Of a DNA stretch of 64,000 bases, positions 47,907-60,627 are shown piece after piece. Position 1 is the stretch's first letter. Each line of letters begins with the position of its first letter. The stretch lies in contig NC_057730.1 of NCBI RefSeq assembly GCF_004010195.1, positions 58,278,647-58,342,646 of the forward strand, in the 5' to 3' direction. Source of the DNA: Chiloscyllium plagiosum. Its lineage: Eukaryota. A program made the position numbers and the translations under genes. The notes under the pieces were generated by a model, which was not told the origin of the DNA, made no database searches, and saw only the letters and a program-made list of their open reading frames with translations.

Positions 47907-49059
47907 GTGCCCCTTGGGAGACTGATTAGCAAGGTTAGATCTCATGGAATACAGGGAGAACTAGCCATTTGGATACAGAACTGGCTCAAAGGTAGAAGTC
48001 AGAGGGTGGTGGTGGAGGGTTGTTTTTCAGACTGGAGGCCTGTGACCAGTGGAGTGCCACAAGGATCGGTGCTGGGTCCTCTACTTTTTGTCATTTACAT
48101 AAATGATTTGGATGCGAGCATAAGAGGTACAGTTAGTAAGATTGCAGATGACACCAAAATTGGAGGTATAGTAGACAGCGAAGAGGCTTACCTCAGATTA
48201 CAACAGGATCTGGATCAGATGGGCCAATGGGGTGAGAAGTGGCAGATGGAGTTTAATTCAGATAAATGCAAGGTGCTGCATTTTGGGAAAGCAAATCTTA
48301 GCAGGACTTATACACTTAATGGTAAGGTCCTAGGGAGAGTTGCTGAACAAAGAGACCTTGGAGTGCAGGTTCATAGCTCCTTGAAAGTGGAGTTGGAGGT
48401 AGATAGGATAGTGAAGGCGGCGTATGGTATGCTTTTCTTTATTGGTCAGAGTATTGAGTACAGGAGTTGGGAGGTCATGTTGCGGCTGTACAGGACATTG
48501 GTTAGGCCACTGTTGGAATATCGTGTGCAGTTCTGGTCTCCTTCCTATCAGAAAGATGTTGTGAAACTTGAAAGGGTTCAGAAAAGATTTACAAGGATGT
48601 TGCCAGAGTTGTAGGATCTGAGCTACCAGGAGAGGCTGAACAGGCTGGGGCTGTTTTCCCTGGAGTATTGGAGGCTGAGGGGTGAGCTTGTAGAGGTTTA
48701 CATAATTATGAGGGGAATGTATAGGATAAATAGACAAAGTCTTTTCCCTGGGGTCGGGGAGTCCATAACTAGAGGGCATAGGTTTAGGGTGAGAGGGGAA
48801 AGATATAAAAGAGACCTAAGGGGCAACTTTTTCACGCAGAGGGTGGTACGTATGTATGGAATAACCTACCAGAGGAAGTGGTGGAGGCTGGTACATTTGC
48901 AACATTTGAGAGGCATTTGGATGGGTATATGAATAGGAAGGGTTTGGAGGGATATGGGCCGGGTGCTGGCAAATGGGACTAGATTGGGTTGGGATATCTG
49001 GTCGGCATGGAAGGGTTGGACCGAAGGGTCTGTTTCCATGCTGTACATCTCTATGACTC
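47907..49059 (+). mobile_element. Young CR1 3' part
   Basis: 235-aa open RT segment GVPQGSVLGPLLFVIYINDLD..ADDTKIGG; CR1 tail. Confidence 0.95.
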
Positions 49060-52000
49060 CATATCACTGTAGTGTATTAGATGCACAGATCACAGGCCTC
49101 ATTTGTTAATGTTTTATTTAATTCAGCATTTGAGTGCTTTTTCTTATTCCTGTTTGTCACCATAAGCATTGAAGTATTTTCATTCAGATGAACTACTGTA
49201 GAATTTACTTTACCTGCACAGCTCTCTTGAATTTTCTCTCAGTAAATGTTTTATGCATGTATGATTTACATACTTGAAGAGTTGTAGTTTACTTTTTCCT
49301 GTATAATGTAGTTTCTGCAGGAACGTGCAACTATGGGACATTAAGAAATATAAACAGCACCAAACTTGATATCTCACCTATTTGGCAATGTTTGAAATCA
49401 AATGAGTTGTAAAGGTTAGTTTGCTAGGAAATAGCCTGACTTGTAACATTGAGGAATTAAGTTTGTTAATTACATTTTTGATACTATTGTCATTCTCCTG
49501 ATTTACCTGTGTTCGGAATTGTAGACTGCTAGTTGCCTAAAAGGATTCTTCATTGTCCTGATGCCTGCTGTTCTTTTGCATTTCAGTAGGGAGCAGCACT
49601 GATATGATTGTAAGATAACAACACAAAATTAAGTAGCTGCTTTTAATGTTTGCCCCAAAGTATATGATTTACATTGAGTATTAGAATTTTTGTGACATTA
49701 CTCTCTCGTTTATTTATTTTTGAGAACATCAACTGTTAAAAATGTTTTAGTTGCAATCCCACTTTTCAAATTAAAAGTTATTTTGAGTTTTGCAGTTTAT
49801 AAAAATGGTGAGGCAGTTTGTCCTTGCTAAATATGAATTCTGGCACTTTCCGTGACTGGAGTTATGTAGTTAAAGACAGAAATCAGGAAGTTACTGGTTA
49901 AGGTGCTCACTCCTCTGGAAGCTCTCTAATATACTGCCACGAAACTTTGTTATTCAAACACCTGAAAGGGCATGAAGTGACAGTACAGTATTGGCAAAAT
50001 AGACCACCAGAGAAAGTAAATCCTTGACCATTACTGTGGAAGCAAATTTGTACTGGTAATATTATTTTAATCACTGAAAGAATCTCTCTGGCACTTAAAA
50101 TTAACTCATAGAAGCATTTGTTTCCTGCAGGTGTTAATTTTTGTCTACCCTTGTAAAAAGCGAATGCCTTTTTATTAATTTGTTTTTTTTTGTATTTCTG
50201 TCCATTCCTGACCTTTTCTTCTGAAGAACATTTCATTTATTTGACTTTCTTTTACTTGGGTTTTCTGGATCACTGAAGGTTTTCTTGGAGTATTGAAGTT
50301 CTGTGATATGAAAGTACTAATGGGTCAAGACACAGGCTATAAAAATGAAACCATGGGATGCTGGAAATGTGAAACAAAAACAAATTATTATTTTATCTCT
50401 CTTATTTTTGATTTCTGTACATGGTTTGACACTAAACTAGCAGTTCTAACTGACTGATGTTCAAACTCAATGTCTTGGCAAGGATTTTTGAAATTGATTG
50501 ATTGTTGAAGGGGATGAAAGGTTACTTCCTGTTCACACAAGTCTGAATTCTCCTATGGAGATAACTGTCAAATTGTATTCACTGCAATTTCCAGCACCAA
50601 AGCCTTTAGAAAGTGAAGTGATTGTAACAAAGTCAGCGAGGTGGACCTCATGGAACGAGTTTCCTGTTTGGGGCTGCTAACCTAGTCCAGTCAGTGAGCC
50701 CTGGCTAATGGGTGCGAGCAGAGTGTCAGATATCCTGTTCACTCTTGAGAGTTGGTTCTCCATGTGTAAATAAAGGGTGACTTGGTGACAGGATACCGGT
50801 CTCTGTGGAGTTTATTTCAGTGGCAATGAGAGAAAAGCATGCTCCCAAGGATATTTGCTGCATGTGAATTTCTTTGAGTTGGTTTAAGCATGTCTACTAT
50901 CATGCCATTACTTGGGAAGTTTGACTCCTTCAATGCTGCTATGAAAGACTGGGCCCTGTATGTGGAAAATATATGTTTTTATTTCCAAGCAAATAAAAAG
51001 CAACAAGTAATTCTCTTGACAGCTTACGGACCTGCAACTTTTTCAGTTATTAGCAGCTTAACTTTTGCTGAGGCACTAGATGGTAAAACCTTGCAAGAGT
51101 TGAGGAATTTTGTTAAAGAATATTACAATCCCAAACTGCCTCTAATTCTGACACTAATGGTTTTACTGAGCAATCTGAGAAGCAAGGGATTGATGAAGTA
51201 ACCATCTCCTAGCTGTAGCCCAGTTAGACTTCAAGCAGGCAGTACAGCTGGCATTGTTGTTGGAAAATGCGACAAGTGGAGCAGATGAGTTGCAGGATAT
51301 CCTTGTCAGTGCAACTGAGCAGGGGAAATGCCACTTGAGTGAAGGCAATTGTACAGCCTCATTTCGGACCTGTCCTGAACAAAGGGACTCGAGGTCAACC
51401 CATAGTAAAATCCCAAAACAAATCCAAGCCTTGGTCAAATGGTTAAAATTTCCCTCAGGACCTGGGCCAGCTAGTCATTTTAGTTGCTAGTATGCAGACT
51501 TGAATAGAAGAAGTCCTACGAGACCTAAATTGAATAAGATAACTCGGACCAGTATCCAGGATAGTGCAAACCCTGGCAAGTCCATCTACATGTGGTTTGG
51601 AACAGTTAAATTGCTTAGCAACACTCAAATTGGAGCCAATCAAAATAAATGTTGGGTTAAATAGTCAACAGGTTCTAGTGGAGGTCGATACCAGCACAGT
51701 CATTTCAGTGATTTGCAGAATAGGGCTTTAATAAAATTCACTCTGGACTCAACCATTAATTTTGCACAAGATCTCAGCTGAACTGAGAACCTATACTGGG
51801 GAGCATTTACAGATTAAGGGTATAACTTTGGTTCCAGTCTCTTATGAGAAGCAGCTGGTTCAGTTACTGTTGGCTGTAAAAAGCTCGGGCCCAAGCTTGA
51901 TAGGGTGAAATTGGTTGGGAAAGATTCACCTTGATTGGCTCAATATTTTTGTATTAGAAAATGGCTGCCTGAGTGAAGTCCTAATTAAATACCTAGAAGT

Positions 52001-52565
52001 TTTTCAGAACGACTTAGACACTATCAAATGAGCCAAGGTCTCCTTGTATGTTGACCAGGCAGCAATTGCACGGTTCTGCAAGGCCTGCCCAGAGCCATTT
52101 GCTTTAAAGGTAAAAGTAATGGCAGAAATCTGAAGGCTGCAGAGCAAGGAATCATCAAACCAGTCCAGTTTGTAGATTAGGCAGAGCTGGTCATGTGGAT
52201 TGTGAAGCTCGATGGGTCGGTTCGCCTTCATAGTGATGTAAACAAATTGTGAAGTGTGTTTTGCAGCTGGATAAATACCCAATGCCTCGAATTGAGGATT
52301 TTCACTCAAAGCTAGCGGGGGAGGCGGCAGGCTGTCATTCAGAAGCTGGACCTGCATACTTGCAGTTGGATGAAGGTTCCCAGAAGTATTCTACAATAAA
52401 TACCCATGAGGATTTGTGCCAATATGAGGGTGCCTTTGGGGTATTGTAAGCCTGTGCAATTTTTCAACAGATGGTGGAGAACATTTTACAAGATCTACCC
52501 CAGGTTGCCATTTATCTGGATGACATGCTAATAACAGATAAGACCAATAAAGAGCACTTAACAAA

Positions 52566-53459
52566 GAGCAAAGGTTAGAACAAACAGTCTTACCACAAAT
52601 TCAACCCAAACTCTGGGTCAGATACGTTGATGACACCTTTGTAATCATTAAAAACACGGAAATAGAGAACACACACCGGATCATCAACTCCACACTCACA
52701 GGAATCCGATTCACGAGAGAGGAAGAAAAGGACAACCAACTCCCATTCCGAGACGTGAGGGTACAGCAAGCATGCCAAATGCCTTCTTCACCACCCTGTC
52801 TACCCGTGACATCACTTTCAAGGAACTATGTACCTAAACCCCTAGCTCTCTGTTTGACTAGACTCCCCAGGGCGCTACCATTAACTTTGCAAGGTTTGCC
52901 CTGGTTTGTCTTAGATAAATGCAAGGTGTTGCATTTTGGTAAGTTAAACTCAATTTTCCACTCCTCAGCATATTGGCCCATCTGATCAATGTCCCACTGT
53001 ACTCTTAGATAAGATTTTTCACTGTCCACTATACCACCATCCATGAACATCAACTAGCTACGAAACGACACGACCAGCTATCCCTAGTAGCCACACACGC
53101 AGACGAGAAGCAACATGAATTTGACTGGGACAACACTACCATTACAGGGCAAGCGAAACAAAGAACAGCCAGGGAATTCCTAGAAGCTTGGCACTCATCC
53201 ACAAACTCTATCAACAAACGCATAGACCTGGACCCAATATACCGGCCACTACAGCGGACAGCTGAAACTGACAACCGGAAGCGGCAAGGACAGGCCACTA
53301 TAAATGCCGGAGGAAACACCAGAAGCGCTTCACAGGAGGCTCCCGAGCACTGATGATGTCACCTAGACAGGGGACGAAACGTTTGCAACAAAAACTTCCA
53401 GCTCGGCGAACAGAACCACAGCAACGAGCACCCGAGCTACAAATCTTCTCACAAACTTT
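52566..53459 (+). mobile_element. Penelope-like family B inserted in Gypsy RT, 14-bp TSD, containing a - strand CR1 fragment (~52770-53040)
   Basis: PKLWVRYVDDTFVII (PLE RT); GIY-YIG C-terminal remnant; GAGCACTTAACAAA at 52552-52565 and 53460-53473. Confidence 0.92.
53347..53386 (+). ncRNA. Minimal hammerhead ribozyme motif (PLE family B), intact core, sense in VPS35L intron 6
   Basis: GCA-CTGATGA-T-GTCACCT-AGAC-AGGGGAC-GAAA-CG-TT-TGC; stem I GCA/TGC; palindromic AAACGTTT. Confidence 0.78.
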
Positions 53460-55228
53460 GAGCACTTAACAAACTTGGATATAGACCTTAAGACATTTCT
53501 CTCGATTTCTCCTCAAAAGGGAAAATGTAATCCAGGCACCCAAGTGATTTACTTGGGCTACAGAATAGTTGAGATCAGTTTACACCCATTGGAAGATAGT
53601 GAGAGTGATCAAAGATGCCCTGGGTCACAAGCTCCAGAGCTTTGATCTTTCCTTGAGCTGATGAACTATTATGGAAAGTTCATACATAACCTGGCCCCCT
53701 TCCTGGCACCTTTGCTTTAACTCTTAATGGTCAGAGTTGGAAATGGTCACGTAGCCAAGTGATAGCTTTCAAGGAAATGAAGAAACAGCTACCATCCTCG
53801 AAGGTGTTCGTACGTTATGATCCCATGTGAGGTCTGGTATTGACATACGATGCCTCCCCCTACAGCATCAGGTTAATATTAGCTCATAGCTGGCACAATG
53901 GAGTGGAACACCCAATAGCATATGTATGCCGAACTTTGGCTAATGCAGAGTGTAAATACACCCAGGTACAGAAGGTTTAGCAGTCATATTTGGATTCTGG
54001 AATATCTTTTATGGATGTAAGTTCTTAACCTCTGTAAGGTCCAATTAGTGGACCGTGCATTGCTGCCCTCAGCTCGGACAGAGTTCAGAGATGACCTCTA
54101 ATACTAAGTGTGTATCTAAGTTGGAACGCTATCCTGGAGGCCAAGTCACAAATACAGATACAGAATTCTACTTCATGTCCAGCCATTTGTAGACATCCAC
54201 AATGACTAAGATCATTAAGCCCACGAAAGGACCTGCACAGTTGATTGGTAACTCAGTCCAGAATTGAACCACCTCCCTGCTGGTACCAGTGGTACTGCCA
54301 CTGGAAGAATCTGTAATGGTTTTGAATTTTCTGGACACACTTACTTTCAGTCACAGCTGATAATATCAGACTTTGGATGCAGAAAGATCCTGTCCTGGCA
54401 AATCTGAAACAGCTAGTGGTGATGAGGGATATCAAAGGGCTGTTGAAACCAGAATTGAAACCTTTTTGGACTTAGACCAGATCACAGTAGAGGATGGCAT
54501 GTTATGGGGAGCAAGAATGAATTTAGAATATCTTTTATTGTCACATGTATTCCAGTACAGGAGTAGAGTGAAAAGTTTTTACAATGGCTGCCTTTAATGG
54601 TGACATCTTAGGTACAAGTACCTAGGTACAAATCTTAGATACAAAAGAGGGATAAAAGGAAATGTAATAGCATTACTCAGTGTCTTTTAATAAAAAGTTA
54701 GAAATTACATAGTTATAACATAAAGGATTGACATTACAGTCTGGTAAAGAATTTCAATTAGCAGCAGTTCAGCACATGGCCTGACTGCCTGTGCCAGTCC
54801 AACATTTGTCCCACTGCACTAACACTCGGCTGCGCCAAGGTAAGTTGTGCTGCTCTGGGACTTGCTTCCCCCCCACGCTGTTGTTCCAAGCTGACCTCTA
54901 CCATAGTTGTCCAGAAGTTTCTAAAATGAAGACATTGGCAAGAGGTTAAGCCTTGTGGCCAGGATTGGATGCTGACATAGTTGCATTACCAGAGTGCCAA
55001 CAAGGCCAAAAATTACTGTCAGCAGCTCCCCCACTTCTGTGCAAATAACTAGATAAATCCTGGACTCAGTTATGCATGTCCTTTTGTGGACTTAATGATC
55101 TTAGTCATTGTCGGTATCCACAAATGGCTGGACATGCAGTAGAGTTGTTTTGTCAAACAAGGGTGATGAAGATAGAAAGGTAGCTCTCATCTTTTGCAAT
55201 ATACAGACTTTTAATAGTATTGGTCAGA

Positions 55229-56105
55229 GTGGGGTGTCTTTATGCGAAGGTTGGTAGGGTGGAAGGTGAACACCGGGAGGGGGGGGCGGCGGCGTTCTGT
55301 CCTTGTTACGGTTGGAGGGGGGGGTCCGCCACCTCCAAACGGACCCCACCATCAGGGATATATTTCCTTCTCCACCCCTTTCCGCCTTCCGCAAAGACCC
55401 ACGTCCCCCCCCCTCCCCCCACCCTCCCATCCTGGCACCTTTCCCTGCCACCGCAGGAATTGCAAAATCAGTGCCCACACCTCCTCCCTCACCTCCATCC
55501 AATGTCCCAAAGGAGCCTTCCATGTCCACCAATATTATTTGTTGTATCCGTTGCTCGGGATGCAGCCCCCTCTACATTGGGGAGACTGGCGCTTTAGGGA
55601 ACATCTCTGGGACATCTGCACCAATTAACCACACCGCCCTGTGGCCCAACATTTCAACTCCCCTCTCCCACTCTGCCAAAGACATGGAGGTCCTGGGCCG
55701 CCTCCACTGCCGTTCCCTCACCACCCGACGCCTGGAGGAAGAACGTCTTATCTTCCGCCTCAGAATACTTCAACCCCAGGGCATCAATGTGGACTTCACC
55801 AGTTTCCTCATTTCCCCCCACCTCACCCCAGTTCCCAACTTCCAGCTCTGCACTCTCCCCATGACTTGTCCTACCTGTCTATCTCACTCCACCCTATTCT
55901 CTGACCTATCCTCTTCATCCCCAACCCCACTCACCTATTGTATTCTATGCTAATTTCTCCCCACCCCCAACCTCCTCTCATTTATCTCTCCACCCTGCAG
56001 ACACTCTGCCTCTATTCCTGATGAAGGGCTTTTGCCTGAAATGTCGATTTTCCTGCTCCTCGGATGCTGCCTGAACTGCTGTGCTTTTCCAGCACCACTC
56101 TAATC
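55229..56105 (+). mobile_element. Penelope-like family A with short 5' inversion, 14-bp TSD, inserted in Gypsy integrase
   Basis: NIICCIRCSGCSPLYIGETG (GIY-YIG); TAGTATTGGTCAGA at 55215-55228 and 56106-56119. Confidence 0.92.
56015..56049 (+). ncRNA. Minimal hammerhead ribozyme motif (PLE family A)
   Basis: TTC-CTGATGA-AGGGC-TTTT-GCCT-GAAA-TG-TC-GA; core intact, CpG-type decay in stems. Confidence 0.65.
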
Positions 56106-56449
56106 TAGTATTGGTCAGATAATGGGCCATCATTTACCATCAGAGATTTTGAGTAATTTCTGAAGTTGAATGGTGTTCGACATATAAATATAGCTCCTTA
56201 TCATCCATTATCCAATAGTCTGGCAGAAAGCACTAGCCAAACACTTGAAGACAGGCAAGTGGGAGAGAGAGAGAGAGTTTACTTCAGGAGATGAAGTGGT
56301 ATAGGAACCACGATAATGGCCCTGCATGGGTAAGAGGCATGATCAGGTCCAGTGACATATAAAGTTTGGGTAAGTGTGCCAATCCTGAATGTGGACTAAA
56401 TGAAAGCTGAAGATGCATGTGTAAAGCAGGCTTGGCCCCTTGACAGCCT

Positions 56450-56604
56450 AGGAGAAAGTGAGGACTGCAGATGCTGGAGACCAGAGTTGAAAAATGCCAG
56501 GCAGCATCCGAGGAGCAGGAGAATCGATGTTTCGGGCATAAGCCCTTCCTCAGGATGCTGCCTGACCAGCTGATCTCCAGCATCTGCGGTCCTCACTTTC
56601 TCCT
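56450..56604. mobile_element. Family A fold-back with near-perfect inverted ends (MITE-like), hammerhead motif at 56523-56556 (-)
   Basis: AGGAGAAAGTGAGGAC..GTCCTCACTTTCTCCT; minus strand ATC-CTGAGGA-AGGGC-TTAT-GCCC-GAAA-CA-TC-GAT. Confidence 0.82.
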
Positions 56605-58589
56605 TGATGGGCCAAATGTCCTGCTTCTCTGCATCTATGATTACCTGCATCTAGTTTTGTGACTCATACATAAGGACACCCAGATTCCTCTGCCCTGAAG
56701 CTTCTCTCCATTTAGATAATTTGCTTTTTGTTCCAGTTAAAATGGATAATGTCATATTTATCTTAGGCAATTTGGAATTACTTAGTCTGCCAAAATATTG
56801 GCCTATCGATATTCATTCATATATTTCTTGTTTCTTCATTACTTCATACTTATTTTCCCACCTAATTTAGCATAATCTGCAAAATTGGCTGCAGTTATTT
56901 CTATTCCCACATCCTAGTCTTTTAATTAGATTGATCCTCAGGTTCAATTATTTACAAAATCTGTGACACCCTGTTAGATGTCAAAATCTGGGGTAATTTG
57001 CCACCTTCAAGATTTAAAGGGAAGAGCGTAAAACGTGGGCAAGAGAGTGAGACGTGCAAATAGGTTACTGAAAAGAGTCCTCCTAAAAGGTGATGAACCC
57101 TTAGTGGTCAAGAAAAGGGAAATGAAATGCAAGAGGAAAGCATTAACTGGCTCCGGTGCTTATGTAGTTCTGAGTCACTGAGCAATGTCGTTGAGAATTA
57201 CTGAATGGTCTGTGATTATTTCAGTTTGTTAATGTGCTTTTAATTCCTCAACACGAAATAAGATAATTGTCTTTGTAATTAATTGCCACCTAGTGTAACC
57301 AGACCTCCTTATGTAGCCATGGGATACATGATCCAGAAATTGAGTTATTATCTTGTAAACCAGTTGTTAATTATTTAGGGTAAAATTATTTAGCTTTCCA
57401 TGAAAAGAACTTGAGCAGTCTCCCAAATGAACATTTGATAAAAAGCCAGTAGTTTTTATTGAATCATTGTAATCATAGGGTTCCATAATCAAATTGAGCA
57501 ATCAGTACTTTGGGGTCAAAAAGTGTGGTGCTGGAAAAGCACAGCTGGTCAAGCAGCATCTGAGGAGCAGAAGAGTCGACACTTCAAGCATAAGCTCTTT
57601 TTACCAGGAATGGAGTAGTTGGCCTGACTCTTTTTTAAAAAGTTTTATACCTACTGTACTTCACATTTCCTTGGCATTCTCTTGATGATATATGTGAGAA
57701 ATTGTTGGTGCCATTCTGACATAGCACATTGGTGCTGCACTAAGTGTGCGAATGTAATTGAGTCATAGTTCAGACAAAAGGCCCTTTGGTCCAAAGCAAT
57801 ATTATTGACTTGGGACATAGGTTTAAGGTAAAAGGGGACAAGGTTTAAGGTAAAAGGGGACAAAATTTAAGGATGAGAGCCAAGTTTTTTACATGGTGTT
57901 CAGTGCCTGGAATGTGCTGCCAGAGAAGTTGGTGCAAGCAGATACAATAGTAATGTTGAAGAAGCATCTTGGCAGGGAATAGAGGGGTGTGGCATGTGTA
58001 GAGGCAAAAGCTTTTTCGTTTAGAAAGTCATCATGTGTTGGTACAGTCTTTGTAGACCAAAGGCCCCTGGTTCTGTGCTGTACTGTTCTTCGTTCTTTGC
58101 TTTTGACTAGCGTCGACTCAATCACCTAACTACTCTAATCTCATTTTCTAGCACTTGACCTATGACTTTATATGCCTCGGCAGCGTAAGTGTGTATCTGA
58201 ATATATCTTAAATGTTTGCACGTTTCTGCCTCTTTCACCATGGAATCAGTGTGTAGTGTCCTAGTTTCTGTTATATGTCAGAAAATATGATGTTCAATGT
58301 GCTTTCGACAGGAGTTTGTTATTGTCTGAAAGTCGACTGGCTGAACAACTTGAATAAATTCAAACCAACTACAAATTGTAAATAAAATCCTGATCCAGTT
58401 GTTTCTCTTGGGTTGAAGGTCTAACTTTGACCAGGTCAATTGATGATTGAGTTGGTTTAGTTTCGTTGGTTAGAATGTGGTACAGAATAACACCAATAAC
58501 TTGGGTTCAATCCCCATTGCAGTTGTCATCTCCTAGCATTGTCCCATGTTTGTTGAAGTGTGAGCCCTTCAATCTATAGGACTACTTAT

Positions 58590-59745
58590 ACAGTCATTAG
58601 AGATGTACTGCATGGAAACAGACCCTTCAGTCCAGTCCAACCCAACCAGATATCCCAGCCCAATCTAGTCGCACCTGCCAGCACCCGGCCCATATCACTC
58701 CAAACCCTTCCTATTCGTATACCCATTCAAATGTCTTTTAAATGTTGCAATTGTACTAGCCTCCAACACTTCCTCTGGCAGCTCATTCCATACACGTACC
58801 ACCCTCTGCATGAAAAAGTTGCCCCTTACGTCTCTTTTATATCTTATCCCTCTCACCCTAAACCTATACCCTCTAGTCCTCGGAAACGACTTTGTCTATC
58901 TATTCTATCCATACCCCTCATGATTTTGTAAACCTCTATAAGGTCACCCCTCAGCCTCCGACGCTCCAAGGAAAACAACCCCAGCCTGTTCAACCTCTCC
59001 CTGTAGCTCAAATCCTCCAACCCTGACAACACCCTTGTAAATCTTTTCTGAGCCCTTTCAAGTTTCACAACATTCTTCCTATAGGCGGGAGACCAGAATT
59101 GCATGCAGTATTCCAAAAGTAGCCAAACTAATGTCCTGTACAGCCGCAAGATGACCTCCCAACTCCTGATCTCCATACTCTGACCAATAAAGGAAAGAAT
59201 ATCAAGCACCTTCTTCACTATCCTATCTACCTGCACTCCAAGGTCTCTTTGTTCAGCAACACTCCCTACGACCTTACCATTAAGTGCATAAGTCCTGCTA
59301 AGATTTGCTTTCTCAAAATGCAGCACCTCACATTCATCTGAATTATACTCCATCTGTCACTCCTCAGGCTATGGCCCATCTGGTCAAAATCCTGTTGTAA
59401 TCTGAGATAACCTCCTTTGCTGTCCACTACACCTCCAATTTTGATGTCATTTGCAAACTTACTAACTATACTTATGTAAATTATTTGGATGTGAGCATAA
59501 ATGACGAAACGAAGTGGACCCAACACCAATCCTTGTAGCACTCCACAAGTCACAGGCCTCCAGTCTGAAAAACAACCCTCCATCACCATGCTCTATCTTC
59601 TACCTTTGATCCAGTTCTGTATCCAAGTGGCTAGTTCTCCCTGTATTCTGTGAGATCTAACCTTGCTCACCAGTCTCCCATAGGGAACCTTGTTGAACAC
59701 CTTACTGCAGTCTATATAGATCACATCTACTGCTCTGCCCTCATC
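58590..59745 (-). mobile_element. CR1 3' part
   Basis: Reverse complement of the 47907-49059 family. Confidence 0.93.
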
Positions 59746-60353
59746 CCTGTCTAACGGATGTTTATTGATCCCTTGTGGGGTATCCCTGTGGCTAATTACA
59801 TAGCAACGTCTGACTAAAGTTAGCATGATATGCAATGTTTACTCAACAGTTTAAGTTTAAAATCTACAAAAATTTTATATTGAATAAATATAGTTTCTCA
59901 AAATGGAGAAGCCCTTGAATAATAACAATATACTGAATGTTTGTTTGTGTATAAAGAAGATTACTGGCAGTTGCTTGGCTGTGTGGATTTCACGTGAAAA
60001 TCAGTTTTTAAGAATGGAGACACACCTTTTGTATAAGTAATCAGAAAAAGTGCAATTCTTGTTAGAATATCTTGAATGTACAAATGTAACTCTTTTTATA
60101 TTTGGTTTAGTTTTTGTCTACTCTGATAATTTGACACTCCCTTTTTTTTCCTGTTACTGTTCTTTTAGTTTGCAAATGCACCATGTAAATAGGTTTACAT
60201 TTTCATACTTTGGGTCGAAACAGCATGGAATTTGAAATTAACTGCACTGGTATAATTTGGCCCAAGTTTGTTACTGATGCTTTCAACATCTTGTTTGCAG
60301 GTTTTTTTAACTAACTATATTTTATTCTTAATTACTATTCTTTCTTCTACCAG

Positions 60354-60482
60354 GGATCTCAGAAAGAGCTGTTAAACTTGACACAGCAGGATTACATAAA
60401 CAGGATTGAAGAATTAAATCAGTCACTAAAAGACGCATGGGCTACAGATCAAAAAGTGAAAGCACTGAAAATAGTTATACAG
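60354..60482 (+). CDS. VPS35L: VPS35L exon 7 ([43 protein letters not shown])
   Basis: CTAAC branch site, long U-tract, cag| acceptor, CAG|gtcagc donor; near-identical to recalled human sequence; gene continues past the window. Confidence 0.97.
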
Positions 60483-60627
60483 GTCAGCTTTAAACAACAT
60501 GAAAATGGGCATTTATCAAATATTTCTTAAGATGTTCCTCTAGTTCGAGTTATTGGGAGCTACTGCCAAGAGTGTTACTATTAAAGTGGCAAAGCCCATT
60601 CAGTTCTTGACTACTTTGTTTTTGCAT

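Larger units (their letters stand above)
50623..56380 (+). mobile_element. Decayed Ty3/Gypsy (Mag-like) LTR retrotransposon with 5' LTR, no 3' LTR seen
   Basis: LTR TG..CA 50623-50819 with AATAAA; PBS-like TGGCAATGAG; gag MPLLGKFDSF..DWALYVE; protease VEVDT; RT YLDDML (~52513); RNase H DASPY; integrase DNGPSFT (~56119). Confidence 0.9.

Noticed and set aside
58450-58525. tRNA gene
   Set aside because: A/B-box-like motifs only, no convincing cloverleaf; probably a decayed SINE head
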